64,000 bases of DNA from Leptolyngbyaceae cyanobacterium (GTDB lineage Bacteria > Cyanobacteriota > Cyanobacteriia > Phormidesmidales > Phormidesmidaceae). Of this stretch, positions 18,877 to 29,463 are shown one piece after another. The notes under the pieces were generated by a model. That model did not search any database and had not been told where the DNA came from. It saw only the letters and a program-made list of their open reading frames with translations. Position 1 is the stretch's first letter; each line of letters opens with the position of its first letter. A program made the position numbers and the translations under genes. Location of the stretch: the NCBI GenBank assembly GCA_965263355.1, contig CBDHHL010000032.1:1600001-1664000 (forward strand), read 5' to 3'.

Positions 18877-21870
18877 CTATCCCGATAACCTCACCTGAGA
18901 CCCCATCTCTGTTTTTGTGACATCTATATGGGTCTGAAACGCTTCTCGAAAATGGGGCATATGGGTTACGGTCAGAATACAGGCAAAATCGGGTGCGATC
19001 GCATTAATCGCTGCTACCAGTCGATCACAGCCTGCCTGATCTTGGGTACCAAATCCCTCATCAATAATCAGCATCTGGAGCGCCATGCCAGATCGTTGGG
19101 CCAAAAGCCGTGCCAGTGCTAAACGGATAGCAAAGTTTACCCGAAAAGCTTCACCACCGGAATAGGTTTCATAGGCCCTGGTACCCTGGGTATCGGCAAT
19201 TAAAATATCCAGAGTATCAATCAGTTTCTTGCGTCCCGAGCGCTGGCTAGCACGCTGGGTAACAAACTGCACATGGAGCTGATGGGCGCTGAGGCGACCT
19301 AAAATCTGGTTAGTTTCCGCCTCTAGCTGAGGCAGTAAATTTTCAATCATCAGCGCTTGAATACCGTTTTTGCCAAATGCCTGTTGCAGTGCCTGATAGA
19401 CCTTAAGCTGGTGCTGATGGTTATGAAGTTGCTGTCGTTGTTGATCTACCTGTTGTTGCAATGTGTCTAGCTGCTGTAATTGTTGCTCTAAACGTCCCAG
19501 TTGACTAATTTGTTGTTCACGTTGGGTTTGTAACTCGGTGATAGTAACCTCTAGCTGCTGAATTTGGTCGGTGACATCAGGCAGTAAAGCGGCCTCAGTC
19601 TCAGCTATCTGTTGCTTTAGATGGGTGTATTGTTCCTGTTGTTGCACCTGAATATTGACCAATGCATCTCGTCGCTGTGCTAATTCAGGCAACATTGCCC
19701 GTGCCTGCTGTAAGGTTTGGTACCGCAACTGCCAGGGCTTTAAGGCCTGTATTTGTGTACGCAACTTTTGGTGATAGTCAGGGCAGTAGTCAAGTTCAGT
19801 CAACGTCGCCTCCACTTGCAATAATTCTGGGGGAGGTTCTTGGTCTAACTTTTGGAGCTGCGATCGCAATTCCTCTACCTGTTTTTCTAATCCAGGTCGT
19901 TCTGCCAAATGCTGCTTTAATTTATTGCCTGCCTGGGTGAGTTCTGCCTGCTTAAACTCAGCCCAGCGTAGTTTTTCTACCTGATTACGAATCAGAGCAT
20001 GATCGCGCTCGTCATAATCTAGGGCAATGAGTTTTTGTTCTAACTGCTTATATTCCTGCTGTAGCTCAACGGCATAGTTTTCTGAATCTAAACACTGTTC
20101 TAAATGTCGTTGTTCCTGGGTGAGCGCTTCTAACTGGGTAGCGACCTCTGTCGCAGAGGTCAGCTGCGCCTTAAGTGCTCCCTGTTCCTGAAGTATGGTA
20201 TTGTAACTTCCCAATTCCGTCTCTAATTCTCGATATTCGCGCCGCAGCACCTGAATTTCTCGCTCAGAAGTGGTCAACTGCTCACGAATCACCCAAATTC
20301 GCTGTTCTAACTGGTCTCGCCGCTGTTGCAGCTGCGCCTTGACCTGAGGACCGTGCTCTACCAAAGGCCGTTCACATAGAGGACAGCTAGGCTCTGGTTG
20401 GTTAAGTAGCATGAGTTGTTGATCCACCTGCATTAGCTGTTGTTCAGTTTGGCGCTGCTCAGTTTGCAGTTGAGCCATAAAGTCTCGTCGTTCCTGTCCC
20501 TTTTGCCGAACCTGGGCTTGATAGGCCCGGCGCTGTTCTAAATAGGTGAGTTGATGCTGAATCTGAGCTAGGGTTTCATGCAGTTCCGGTCGCTGTTGGT
20601 TGGTGAGGGTGCTTTGGGTTTGGTTAATGGCTTCCAAACGAGCTTCTAAGCGAGCTGACGCCTGTTTTAACCGCGTATATACTTGCTGCCGACGTTGCTG
20701 CAGTGGAGCCACATCAACCTGGCGCTGATCCAGGGTGCGTAACTGTTGGCGAGCAGCCTGCAGTTGCTTTAAGTTAGTGTTGACAGTTTCCCTGTGACTG
20801 AGGCTCTGCTGAAGTTCAGCAATAGCGTCGTCTAGGGTATCTAATTTAAGCTGTATCTGGCTAACGGTGCTTTGCAGTGCTGCCTGTTTTTGTTGATGTT
20901 GGGCTTGGAGTTGTATCTTTTGGGTCTGGAGCTGCTGAAATCGTTGAAATCGTTGAGCATAGTCCTCTTCCAAATGTTGCAATGTTTGCAGCTCTGCGTA
21001 GCTCGCTTCAATCTCGGTGACAGCGGCTAACTCAGCTTGAAGAGACTGATAATGCTGTTCGATGTTTTCCAACTCCGACTGCCGCTGGGTCTGACTTTGG
21101 TGTAAATAATCAAGCTGTTGTCGCTGGGTTTCGATGGATTGTTGCTGCTGTTGTCGTTGCTGTTGCTGCTGTTGCAGTTGATTTCGCTGGGTTTGACTGG
21201 TTTGTTGTGTTTTCCGTGTCTGGGCAGCATTTTGCTGTAGATTTTGATAGTGGATTGCGATCGCACTGCGCTCCGTCAGTTTTGCTTCGGCCTCAGCCAA
21301 TGTCGCGTTTAAGATTTTGACCGCAGCCTGATAATCACGCCCACGTTCCCGAGCCTTTTCAGCTAAATGATCATATTGGTTGAGCTTGAGCAAATCAGCC
21401 AGTATTTGTTTCCGCTCCCCAGGGCGTTTTAACATAAACTCATCCGCTCGCCCCTGGCGCAGATAGGCTGAGTGAATAAATGTTTCGTAGTCGACCTTTA
21501 AATGCTGCAGAATTAACTGCTGGGTTGCCCGTACGCCTTTTTGGGTAAGGCTCCGAAATCCATGGTCAGTCTGGAGCTGAAACTCCAACCAGCAACCCTG
21601 CTGCTGACGACGCCCCCGGACAATCCGATAAACCTGACCTTGATTTTCAAAGATAAACTCTACCTTCGCCTCTTTGGCACCCAGATGAATCACATCATCA
21701 TCGGTAGCTACACGGCTGTGCCCCCAGACCACCCAAGCCATGGCTTCTAAAAGTGAGGACTTGCCGGCACCATTCGGTCCACAGATACAAGCGACATGTA
21801 ACCCAGCAAAATCGAGACTGACTTCTCGATAGCTCAAAAAATTAATTAGGGTTAGTCGCTTTGGAATCAT
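18877..21870 (-). CDS. sbcC: Exonuclease SbcC (Rad50-like SMC ATPase)
   Basis: Walker A GPNGAGKS, zinc hook CPLCER, signature YSGGE, and IIDEGFGTQD. Confidence 0.95.
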   Translation of the reverse strand: MIPKRLTLINFLSYREVSLDFAGLHVACICGPNGAGKSSLLEAMAWVVWGHSRVATDDDVIHLGAKEAKVEFIFENQGQVYRIVRGRRQQQGCWLEFQLQTDHGFRSLTQKGVRATQQLILQHLKVDYETFIHSAYLRQGRADEFMLKRPGERKQILADLLKLNQYDHLAEKARERGRDYQAAVKILNATLAEAEAKLTERSAIAIHYQNLQQNAAQTRKTQQTSQTQRNQLQQQQQQRQQQQQSIETQRQQLDYLHQSQTQRQSELENIEQHYQSLQAELAAVTEIEASYAELQTLQHLEEDYAQRFQRFQQLQTQKIQLQAQHQQKQAALQSTVSQIQLKLDTLDDAIAELQQSLSHRETVNTNLKQLQAARQQLRTLDQRQVDVAPLQQRRQQVYTRLKQASARLEARLEAINQTQSTLTNQQRPELHETLAQIQHQLTYLEQRRAYQAQVRQKGQERRDFMAQLQTEQRQTEQQLMQVDQQLMLLNQPEPSCPLCERPLVEHGPQVKAQLQQRRDQLEQRIWVIREQLTTSEREIQVLRREYRELETELGSYNTILQEQGALKAQLTSATEVATQLEALTQEQRHLEQCLDSENYAVELQQEYKQLEQKLIALDYDERDHALIRNQVEKLRWAEFKQAELTQAGNKLKQHLAERPGLEKQVEELRSQLQKLDQEPPPELLQVEATLTELDYCPDYHQKLRTQIQALKPWQLRYQTLQQARAMLPELAQRRDALVNIQVQQQEQYTHLKQQIAETEAALLPDVTDQIQQLEVTITELQTQREQQISQLGRLEQQLQQLDTLQQQVDQQRQQLHNHQHQLKVYQALQQAFGKNGIQALMIENLLPQLEAETNQILGRLSAHQLHVQFVTQRASQRSGRKKLIDTLDILIADTQGTRAYETYSGGEAFRVNFAIRLALARLLAQRSGMALQMLIIDEGFGTQDQAGCDRLVAAINAIAPDFACILTVTHMPHFREAFQTHIDVTKTEMGSQVRLSG

Positions 21871-22163
21871 CACATAGCTGATCAGCCTATGCCTACCATA
21901 GCAAGTACATACGATCTTTAGTACTCGTGATCTGATTTTTAAATAACTAGCGATCCCATCGATCTGGTTTACTTATACGGTGCCGTAAATTCCAGTTTTA
22001 TCCTTAAGGGAGATAATTTCTGGGCTCAATCCGCCTTATCTTGTACCTAAGTCCGTCAAATGAACTAAGTGATTCATTTTTGACTAAGTGTGTAGAAAAC
22101 TTCATCTATCCTTAATCATGGGCTTGTAATTTTTTCACTGGCAGATTAAAGGAGGCTGAAACC

Positions 22164-22556
22164 ATGGAAACTGGCATAGTTACGGAGCTCAAGGTGCACA
22201 GTCGCGATAATTGTTATCGCCTGAGTCCTGACCAGATGAACGCAATTCAGAACAAGGGGGTTTCGGTCACAATGACACCGGGTATCAACGTTGTTAAACT
22301 GCTTGAGACCGAGGTCCCCTATACTACCGGCATTGGTGCTCAGGCAGATCCCTGGATTTTGCTGTGGATTTATGGCGGCAGGTTTGTCAACAGGCAAACC
22401 AATGTGGAAGTTGTCGCTACTTGGACCTCACTCAACGGTTACCATGATTCCTTAACATTTGATGTGGTTGAACCGACAACACTTTGTGCTTTTTTGTTCG
22501 ATACCAATACCGGTAATCACAGCGGTGAGTTAACCCTATCTGTAACCACACTTTAA
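22164..22556 (+). CDS. Hypothetical protein; stand-alone paralog of the C-terminal domain of the next gene
   Basis: GGAGG ribosome-binding site. Shares KVHSR, LLWIxGG, WTxLNGY and LCAF motifs with residues about 900-1024 of 22755..25829. Confidence 0.85.
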   Translation: METGIVTELKVHSRDNCYRLSPDQMNAIQNKGVSVTMTPGINVVKLLETEVPYTTGIGAQADPWILLWIYGGRFVNRQTNVEVVATWTSLNGYHDSLTFDVVEPTTLCAFLFDTNTGNHSGELTLSVTTL

Positions 22557-22754
22557 TGTACGTGGTCATGCTTAATCCGTTGCGAATTGCCATTTGCACG
22601 ACCTTTAGATGCCCTGCTAAGTCAAAGTCACGAAGCCTTAACGAGAACTCCGTAATGAGATTTGGACAGCGAGAGCGATCTCCCCTACTTGGATAGCCAC
22701 TCTTTGCTATCCCATTTCTAGTCTCTGTTTTTTATTTACTTTGGACTCAGAACC

Positions 22755-25700
22755 GTGTATCGAAAAATGTCTTTGGTTAAGTTCGTTGCTATTTTAGCCA
22801 CAGCAACAGTCTCTCAATTTTATGCTGAGGCCCTTTATCGGCAAACTGTCGTTGCTCAATCCTTTGGCGAGACTCCTGAATCCTTTCCTGTTCCTGATTC
22901 TTTGCCAGACGGTACAACGCTCAAGCTGGATGGTTCTACCAGTATGCGGCTTACCAATGAAACCCTTGAGCAACGATTTGAAGCACAGTTTCCCAATATA
23001 GATGTTGAACTTAGTGCCAGTCGCACGGATAAAGCGTTTGAAGCATTGATTAATGGTGATATCGATGTTCTTTCTACGGGACGCCCTTTGACTGATGCAG
23101 AAAAAGCTCAAGGTGTTGTCGAGGTGCCTCTGGAACAGCGGGAAAAGCTAGCCATCATTCTGGGGCCAGACAACACATTTGAAGGGGATCTTACATTTGA
23201 ACAATTTGCCGGTATTTTTCGGGGCGAAATTACTAATTGGTCTGAAATAGGTGGTCCTAATCTTCCTATTCGGCTAGTGGATCGTCCTGACTACAGCGAT
23301 ACTCGACGCGCTTTAAGTACCTACACTGTATTTGAAGGCAAACCGTTTGAGACAGGTGCGACAGCTGATCCTGTAGACGATGATGAAACAGACACTGTTG
23401 TTAAAGCCCTAGGTAACGACGGCATTGGCTATTCAGTTGTTTCCCAGGTAATTGATCGGGATGATGTCCGCATTATTCCAATGCATCAAACGTTGCCCGA
23501 CGATCCTCGTTACCCCTATTCCCAATACCGTGCCTTTGCTTATAAGCAAGGGACTGGGCCAGCTGCTTTAGCCTTTATGGGATTTGCTACCACAGAGCCT
23601 GGAAAGGAAGTTTTTGAGTCAGAGCCAGCAGTAGTAGATAGTCCTACAGCTGCAGATACTCCCACTCCAACGGATACAGCGGCTACCCCTGCTCCGGCCC
23701 CTGAACCTGAAGCACCACCAGCCCCCGAAGCGACCGCTGCACCAGCCGCTGGTGCACCAGCCGCTGATCGAGGTGGATTTCCACTATGGCTTTTACCGCT
23801 GTTGGCAATTCCATTACTGGGGGGGCTGCTGTGGTGGTTGCTCAAGGGTAGCAATGCTGCTGCACCAGCGACGGCAACAACTGCAGCAGTTGCTGGTGGG
23901 GCGGCTACGGTTCCCATGCAGCCACGTCTGGTGCTTGTTCCCCGAGACTGTCGGCATGCCTATGCCTATTGGGAAATTCCCAAAGAATGCTTAACCGAAA
24001 CTAAGCGTCAGGGCGGGGAAACGATGATGATACGTCTTTATGAAGTTACTGGACGCAGCAAAAATTCTCCCTTGCCCCCCCATGCAGCTGAGTTCCCTTG
24101 TCTAGAGGCAAATCCCGATCTCCATTTGCCAATTACTGTAGATGATCGCAGCTACTGTGCAGAGGTCGGATATCTAGGTAAGGACAAGCAGTGGCTACCC
24201 ATTGTTAAATCAGATCCAGTCCGAGTGCCCATATGTCCTAAAGATGAAACCCCGTCTGATACTGTCCCAGCGGCATCTGTGCCAGCAACGAGTGTTAATA
24301 AGCCAGCTGCTGGAGTAAGGGATTTAGGGGGAGCCGTCCTGGGAGGTGCGGCATTGGCGGGAGGCGCAGCTTTAGGCGCAACCAAATTGGCAGACGGTAA
24401 AGCCAAAACTCCAACAGGCATAGGGCGTATGATATTGACTCCCCGTAACGCTCAAGACGTCTATGCCTATTGGGAGATTCCTCAGCAGCGTTTCACGGAT
24501 ACCAAGCTGCAGGGGGGGGAAACTATGGTGGCAAAGCTTTACGACATAACTGATAGGCCTGCTGCTGTCGGCTTGCCTGAGCCGATTGCCCAGTTAGAGT
24601 GCACAGAAGCGGATATGGATGCCCACTTCCCCATCACCTCGGAGCGGGACTATGTTGCTGAATTAGGTTATCAGACGACGTCTGGGAACTGGTTACCCCT
24701 TGCCCAGTCAAACTCGGTACGAGTCCCTGCTGACATTGCTGATATTGACTCAGGGAGGGTTGTTAACACACTTCCAGATGCTGCTGGCGCTGCGGCTGTT
24801 GTTGCTGCCACTGCGGCTATGGGGACTAGTGCTCTTACTGTTGAAGAGACAAGTACATCTGAAAAGGCAAGTACATCTGAGGCAAAAAGTACGTCATCGA
24901 CAGTTACTCAAAGTCGTATTGTAATGACTCCTCAAACTGCTCAGAGGGCCTATGTTTATTGGGAAGTGCCTGAAACAGCTAAATCGGCCCTTAAAGTTGA
25001 AGGTGGTCAAGTTTATCAACTGCGGATGCATGATGTGACTGACATTGAGCTTGATCAACAGTCACCTAACAGTACGCTTACCTATGATTTATTAGAGACA
25101 GACTGCGATCGCACCGTTCCCATACCCAACGATCAAAATGACTATGTTGCGGAGGTAGGGTATCAAACCTTATCTGGTGACTGGTTGACCTTAGCTCGGT
25201 CCAAATCGCTCAATCCCGCCCAGAGTTTAGCCAAATCTTTGGATGCTAAGAACTTAGCAGATAGGATATCCAAGTCATCTCTAGCGTCTTCGGGAATGGC
25301 AATGGGTGCTGCTGGGGTTGCTGCCATTGGAGGTCTAGCCGCTACTGCACATGAAGATCAGTCGTCCAGCAGCCAGCTGTCTGAATCTAATATAACTGTT
25401 GAAAACGGCACTGACACCGTCCATGCAGACTCTACAGCGTCAGGGACTACGCAAATTGTTAAAGTCCATAGTCGCAACAATGCGGTTGTGTTTGATGAAG
25501 CCCAACGACATCATATTGAATACGATGTTGCAAGTACATATCAGCTAACTCCAGGGATATACACACTGCGTCTTCGGGATGGAGTATTTAACTATGATGC
25601 CGACGATAATCACCCTGGAGAACCATTTGTACTGTTATGGATTCATGGTGGTACTATCATCAACCAAAAAACTGGAGTTCCGATCAGTTCAACCTGGACC

Positions 25701-25829
25701 ACATTGAATGGCTATGACGATACGCTAATTCTAGATGTGAGAGAACCAGCAAAACTCTGTGCCTTTTTTGTTGATACCTATCCAGATGACAATTTAGGAG
25801 AAGTGATCCTTTCTGTTATTAAGCAGTAG
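22755..25829 (+). CDS. PstS-like periplasmic binding domain + transmembrane helix + three DUF4912-like repeats + C-terminal beta domain
   Basis: DGSTS and IFRGEITNWSEIGG (PBP domain), transmembrane FPLWLLPLLAIPLLGGLLWW, and three R.VL.P...AY.YWE...Y.AE.GY repeats. Confidence 0.85.
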   Translation: MYRKMSLVKFVAILATATVSQFYAEALYRQTVVAQSFGETPESFPVPDSLPDGTTLKLDGSTSMRLTNETLEQRFEAQFPNIDVELSASRTDKAFEALINGDIDVLSTGRPLTDAEKAQGVVEVPLEQREKLAIILGPDNTFEGDLTFEQFAGIFRGEITNWSEIGGPNLPIRLVDRPDYSDTRRALSTYTVFEGKPFETGATADPVDDDETDTVVKALGNDGIGYSVVSQVIDRDDVRIIPMHQTLPDDPRYPYSQYRAFAYKQGTGPAALAFMGFATTEPGKEVFESEPAVVDSPTAADTPTPTDTAATPAPAPEPEAPPAPEATAAPAAGAPAADRGGFPLWLLPLLAIPLLGGLLWWLLKGSNAAAPATATTAAVAGGAATVPMQPRLVLVPRDCRHAYAYWEIPKECLTETKRQGGETMMIRLYEVTGRSKNSPLPPHAAEFPCLEANPDLHLPITVDDRSYCAEVGYLGKDKQWLPIVKSDPVRVPICPKDETPSDTVPAASVPATSVNKPAAGVRDLGGAVLGGAALAGGAALGATKLADGKAKTPTGIGRMILTPRNAQDVYAYWEIPQQRFTDTKLQGGETMVAKLYDITDRPAAVGLPEPIAQLECTEADMDAHFPITSERDYVAELGYQTTSGNWLPLAQSNSVRVPADIADIDSGRVVNTLPDAAGAAAVVAATAAMGTSALTVEETSTSEKASTSEAKSTSSTVTQSRIVMTPQTAQRAYVYWEVPETAKSALKVEGGQVYQLRMHDVTDIELDQQSPNSTLTYDLLETDCDRTVPIPNDQNDYVAEVGYQTLSGDWLTLARSKSLNPAQSLAKSLDAKNLADRISKSSLASSGMAMGAAGVAAIGGLAATAHEDQSSSSQLSESNITVENGTDTVHADSTASGTTQIVKVHSRNNAVVFDEAQRHHIEYDVASTYQLTPGIYTLRLRDGVFNYDADDNHPGEPFVLLWIHGGTIINQKTGVPISSTWTTLNGYDDTLILDVREPAKLCAFFVDTYPDDNLGEVILSVIKQ

Positions 25830-25905
25830 ATTCGGACGGCTGGTCTTATTGTTTTCGCACCCTTAATTTTTAGTTTTACATCGGTTCTTTTTGGAGAGTT
25901 AATCA

Positions 25906-26418
25906 ATGTTTTTTGAAGTCTTAAGTGCCATTAATGATCCCAACCAGCAAGCCAACATTAGTCAGTTGGACCAGGTGACTAAATCAGTGCAAAAATTAGC
26001 CAATAGTCAAGGGGTTAATCCGACTCAAATGCAGTCAATGATGACTGCTTTGGGAGGAGCCCTTCAACCTGTGCTCAAAGAAAAACAGTCTCAGCTGGGG
26101 GTTGGGCAGTTAACCTCCATGCTAGGGCAAGCTAACGATACCTCAGTGTTGACATCGCTTATTTCTTCACAGCTGCAACAACAACTTGCCCAGACAATTG
26201 CCCAAAAAACAGGTATGCAAGCTTCTATTGCACAAGCAATATTGCCTCAGTTATTACCAGTAGTCATGAACCTGTTTAATATGGGCTCCCCTAAACCGGG
26301 TAGCGTAGGTGAAACAAATTCATTGCTCAGTGCTTTTTTAGATGGCAATCGTGCCAGTAATACCGATTTGGGTAATGTAATGAAGTTTGCAAGTCGTTTT
26401 TTGAATACGCCCAGTTAA
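25906..26418 (+). CDS. DUF937-like hypothetical protein
   Basis: N-terminal MFFEVLSAINDPNQQA and C-terminal LLSAFLD..TDLGNVMKFASRFL. Confidence 0.75.
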   Translation: MFFEVLSAINDPNQQANISQLDQVTKSVQKLANSQGVNPTQMQSMMTALGGALQPVLKEKQSQLGVGQLTSMLGQANDTSVLTSLISSQLQQQLAQTIAQKTGMQASIAQAILPQLLPVVMNLFNMGSPKPGSVGETNSLLSAFLDGNRASNTDLGNVMKFASRFLNTPS

Positions 26419-26487
26419 ACCTTATCCATGTCCAGGACAGTCGTTTCTGCGTAGAAGAACCTACAGGTTTTACTTGGATATAGTTTA
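26416..26487. mobile_element. MITE/REP-like element, TA-flanked, overlapping a stop codon
   Basis: TAAACCTTATCCA...TGGATATAGTTTA; aligns with the copies at 11890 and 5556. Confidence 0.6.
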
Positions 26488-26548
26488 GAAGCGTTTTGTC
26501 AACCCCTACACCAAAACTCTCGTTCTAGTTGGGTCGAGAGTGAATATT

Positions 26549-26594
26549 ATCAAATGCCTGCAAGCAAGTTTTATTTTGTTTGCAGGCATTTGAT
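26549..26594 (+). terminator. Stem-loop terminator downstream of the DUF4912/DUF937 operon
   Basis: ATCAAATGCCTGCAAGCAA / TTGTTTGCAGGCATTTGAT inverted repeat. Confidence 0.6.
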
Positions 26595-27174
26595 TTATAA
26601 GCTTGCGTCCATAGCTCTCACCCCATTGGTACCCCCTAAAAGCGAATTTAGTCTCAGATAGCTTTATGAAAGCTTGTTTGAACTAAGAAACCTATATGTT
26701 TTTTTGCCGTCCTATAGATCTGAGACGTTCATTTCTAAGAAAGAGGTCTGCATCATTCAAAAGGCATTGGGGCACATTTAAACTGAGTACTTTACATATT
26801 TACGGAAACATATATAGTGTTTTAACTGTCTCACAAACCTGAATTGACACTAATCTTAGTTGTCTCATCCGTTCAAATACATCAACTTAAATAAATCAAA
26901 TTAATTGTCAATGGTGTCTAAGGTAAGTTATTTCTCCTTTTTCTAAAACTTATTCCCTAGGAGCTATGAAATATTTACTCGCAGGGGATCGGCGATTTAA
27001 CTGAATTTGGTGTTTATATCCTGGTGCTTGCCGTCTAGATGGTAAACGTTATTTATTAAATGTTAGCCAAACGTTCATTTCAGTCTTCAGTTATTCAGTC
27101 TCTTGCTTCTGTGGTTATAAATTTTATGCCCAGAAGGTTTTTGGTTTGCCCCAGGGCACATACACCGTGATCCT

Positions 27175-29415
27175 ATGAAGTATTCATTTGTCAACCAGCC
27201 TCGCGAAGAAGATTGCGGAATTGCCTGTATTGCAATGATTGCAAGGCACTATGGTCAGAAATTCACGTTGGCCCGTGTCCGTGAACTTGTTGGTACAGGA
27301 CAGTTAGGGGCATCTCTGTTGGGTCTTCAGCAAGGTGCTGAGGCATTAGGTTTTCAAGCCCGCTCTGGGCAAGCAACTGACGACATTTTTAATCGTATTC
27401 ATCGCCTGCCTTTGCCAGCTATTATTCACTGGGGTAGAGAGCGTTGGGTCGTTTTCTACGGCAAGGAGCAAAATAAATATGTGATAGCTGACCCAAGCGT
27501 AGGTATTCGTTACCTTAGTGCTGACGAAATTAAGCGCAATTGGGGTGATGGTGCAATGCTTCTGCTTGTACCAGATGAAGCGTTTTATCACTTGTCGACA
27601 GATAAGCCAAGCAGGATTGCAGGCATTCTACAGCAGGTTTGGCCTTATCGTTTAGCATTATTTCAAGTTGTTTTATACGGATTATTTATTGGGTTTCTAT
27701 CGCTTTCAATTCCATTTTTAATTCAGTTTATTACTGATGATGTCTTGATTGGGGGAGATACCCAGCTGCTGCCTAAGGTTGCGATCGCAGCAGCAGCTTT
27801 TTTTATAATTAAAAGCTTACTAAATCTAGTTCAAGTTACCCTGGTAGCCAATGTCTTTCAGCGATTAGAACTGGGGCTGACACTAGAATTTGGACGTAAG
27901 TTATTAAAACTACCTTTGAACTATTACGAAACCAGGCGTAGTGGTGAATTTTCCAGTCAACTTAAAGACATTTCCCGAATTCATGAGCTAATTGTCGATG
28001 GGGCAGTTCAACTACCTGGGCTGTTTTTTACTGCAATCGTGTCGTTTGGTTGCATGCTATTTTTCTACAGCCAGCGTCTAACCCTTCTATCGTTTATAAC
28101 AGCAGGGTTAATGTTAGGAACAACGCTGACATTGCTACCTGTATTTCAGGAACGTATTCGACGTCTATTATCACTGAACGCTAAAAACCAAGCCCTGCTT
28201 GTAGAGATTTTTAGAGGGGCTATGACCTTTAAGACGACAGCGGCTCAGCCTCAACTTTGGAAGGAGATGCAAGGACGATTTGGCAACCTGGCCAGTAAAA
28301 AAGCTAGTACCGTTCAACTTAGTTTTTTCACAAATCAGCTAGCAAACTTGATGTCGGGTGTTGGCCATATTGGTATCTTTTGCTTAGGCAGCACCATGGT
28401 TATTAGTCAAGAGTTGACCCTGGGTAAACTTTTCGCCTTTAGCATCATGAACTACGGCTTTCTGGAGTTTATTAACTCCTTAGTCAGATTTTCAGACAGG
28501 TTTATGGAAATCAAAACATCAGTACAACGGTTTGATGATGTGATTGATGTTGATGACGAGAGTCCAGATGATTGGCTAAAGCCCCTTGCTGAAATCCCTT
28601 CAAACGGTGATATCACATTCAATCAAGTGAACTTTCACTATCCAGGGCGATTCAATTTGTTAGAAACGTTTTCGCTGACCATTCCTGGAGGTAAATCCTC
28701 AGCACTAGTGGGCGCATCTGGTTCTGGTAAAAGTACGATTGCTAAGATTCTGGCTGGATTACATTCTTATCAGTCTGGTGAAGTATTAGTAGGACCCCAT
28801 AATTTACGTGATTTATCCACTGAATGTGTGCGTCAACAAATTGTTTTAGTGTCTCAAACCACCCATTTTTGGAGCCGCTCAATCTTAGAAAATTTCCAAC
28901 TTTGTGCACCAAAAGTGTCATACAACGAAGTAGTAGCGGCTTGTCGAATTACAGGGGCAGATAAATTTATTGATCAGCTACCAGATGGTTACTTAACAGT
29001 TTTGGGTGAGTTTGGCTCAAATCTTTCAGGAGGGCAGCTGCAGCGGTTAGCGATTGCTCGAGCCTTGCTACTGAAACCAGCTATCTTGATTTTAGATGAG
29101 TCAACTTCGGCGTTAGATCCCCTGAGTGAAGCTGAATTACTTCAAAAGCTATTGATGCATCGCAAGGGTCACACTACCGTTCTCATTAGCCATCGTTCCA
29201 GTGTGAATCGACTTGTAGACTGGGTAGCCGTGATTAATGATGGAGAAGCTGATATTGCAGGTTCTCCTGAGTATTTGCTTACTCAAGAAGGTGGTCATTT
29301 ACAATTTCTAGAGGGGACAACCCCCAATCTTTTAGACGGCTCCAGACGTCTAGTTGCTAGTAACAGCTCATCAGCGCCTGATCTCCCTTCCTTACCAGGC
29401 CCTGTCGAGAACTAA
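27175..29415 (+). CDS. Peptidase-domain ABC transporter (PCAT 1); the C39 domain lacks the catalytic His
   Basis: EEDCGIAC, IIHWGRERWVV (His position is Arg), IADP, a transmembrane domain, Walker A GASGSGKS, LSGGQLQR and LDESTSALD. Confidence 0.93.
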   Translation: MKYSFVNQPREEDCGIACIAMIARHYGQKFTLARVRELVGTGQLGASLLGLQQGAEALGFQARSGQATDDIFNRIHRLPLPAIIHWGRERWVVFYGKEQNKYVIADPSVGIRYLSADEIKRNWGDGAMLLLVPDEAFYHLSTDKPSRIAGILQQVWPYRLALFQVVLYGLFIGFLSLSIPFLIQFITDDVLIGGDTQLLPKVAIAAAAFFIIKSLLNLVQVTLVANVFQRLELGLTLEFGRKLLKLPLNYYETRRSGEFSSQLKDISRIHELIVDGAVQLPGLFFTAIVSFGCMLFFYSQRLTLLSFITAGLMLGTTLTLLPVFQERIRRLLSLNAKNQALLVEIFRGAMTFKTTAAQPQLWKEMQGRFGNLASKKASTVQLSFFTNQLANLMSGVGHIGIFCLGSTMVISQELTLGKLFAFSIMNYGFLEFINSLVRFSDRFMEIKTSVQRFDDVIDVDDESPDDWLKPLAEIPSNGDITFNQVNFHYPGRFNLLETFSLTIPGGKSSALVGASGSGKSTIAKILAGLHSYQSGEVLVGPHNLRDLSTECVRQQIVLVSQTTHFWSRSILENFQLCAPKVSYNEVVAACRITGADKFIDQLPDGYLTVLGEFGSNLSGGQLQRLAIARALLLKPAILILDESTSALDPLSEAELLQKLLMHRKGHTTVLISHRSSVNRLVDWVAVINDGEADIAGSPEYLLTQEGGHLQFLEGTTPNLLDGSRRLVASNSSSAPDLPSLPGPVEN

Positions 29416-29463
29416 TCAATTAACGCAAAAATTGTATTTAATTTGTCAATGTGAGTGTAACCC

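Noticed and set aside
21110..21220. CAG/CAA-rich run in sbcC
   Set aside because: Gln-rich coiled coil, not a repeat array.
26966..27004. 12-codon ORF MKYLLAGDRRFN with an AGGAG site upstream of PCAT 1
   Set aside because: No GG leader and too short to distinguish from chance without ribosome profiling.
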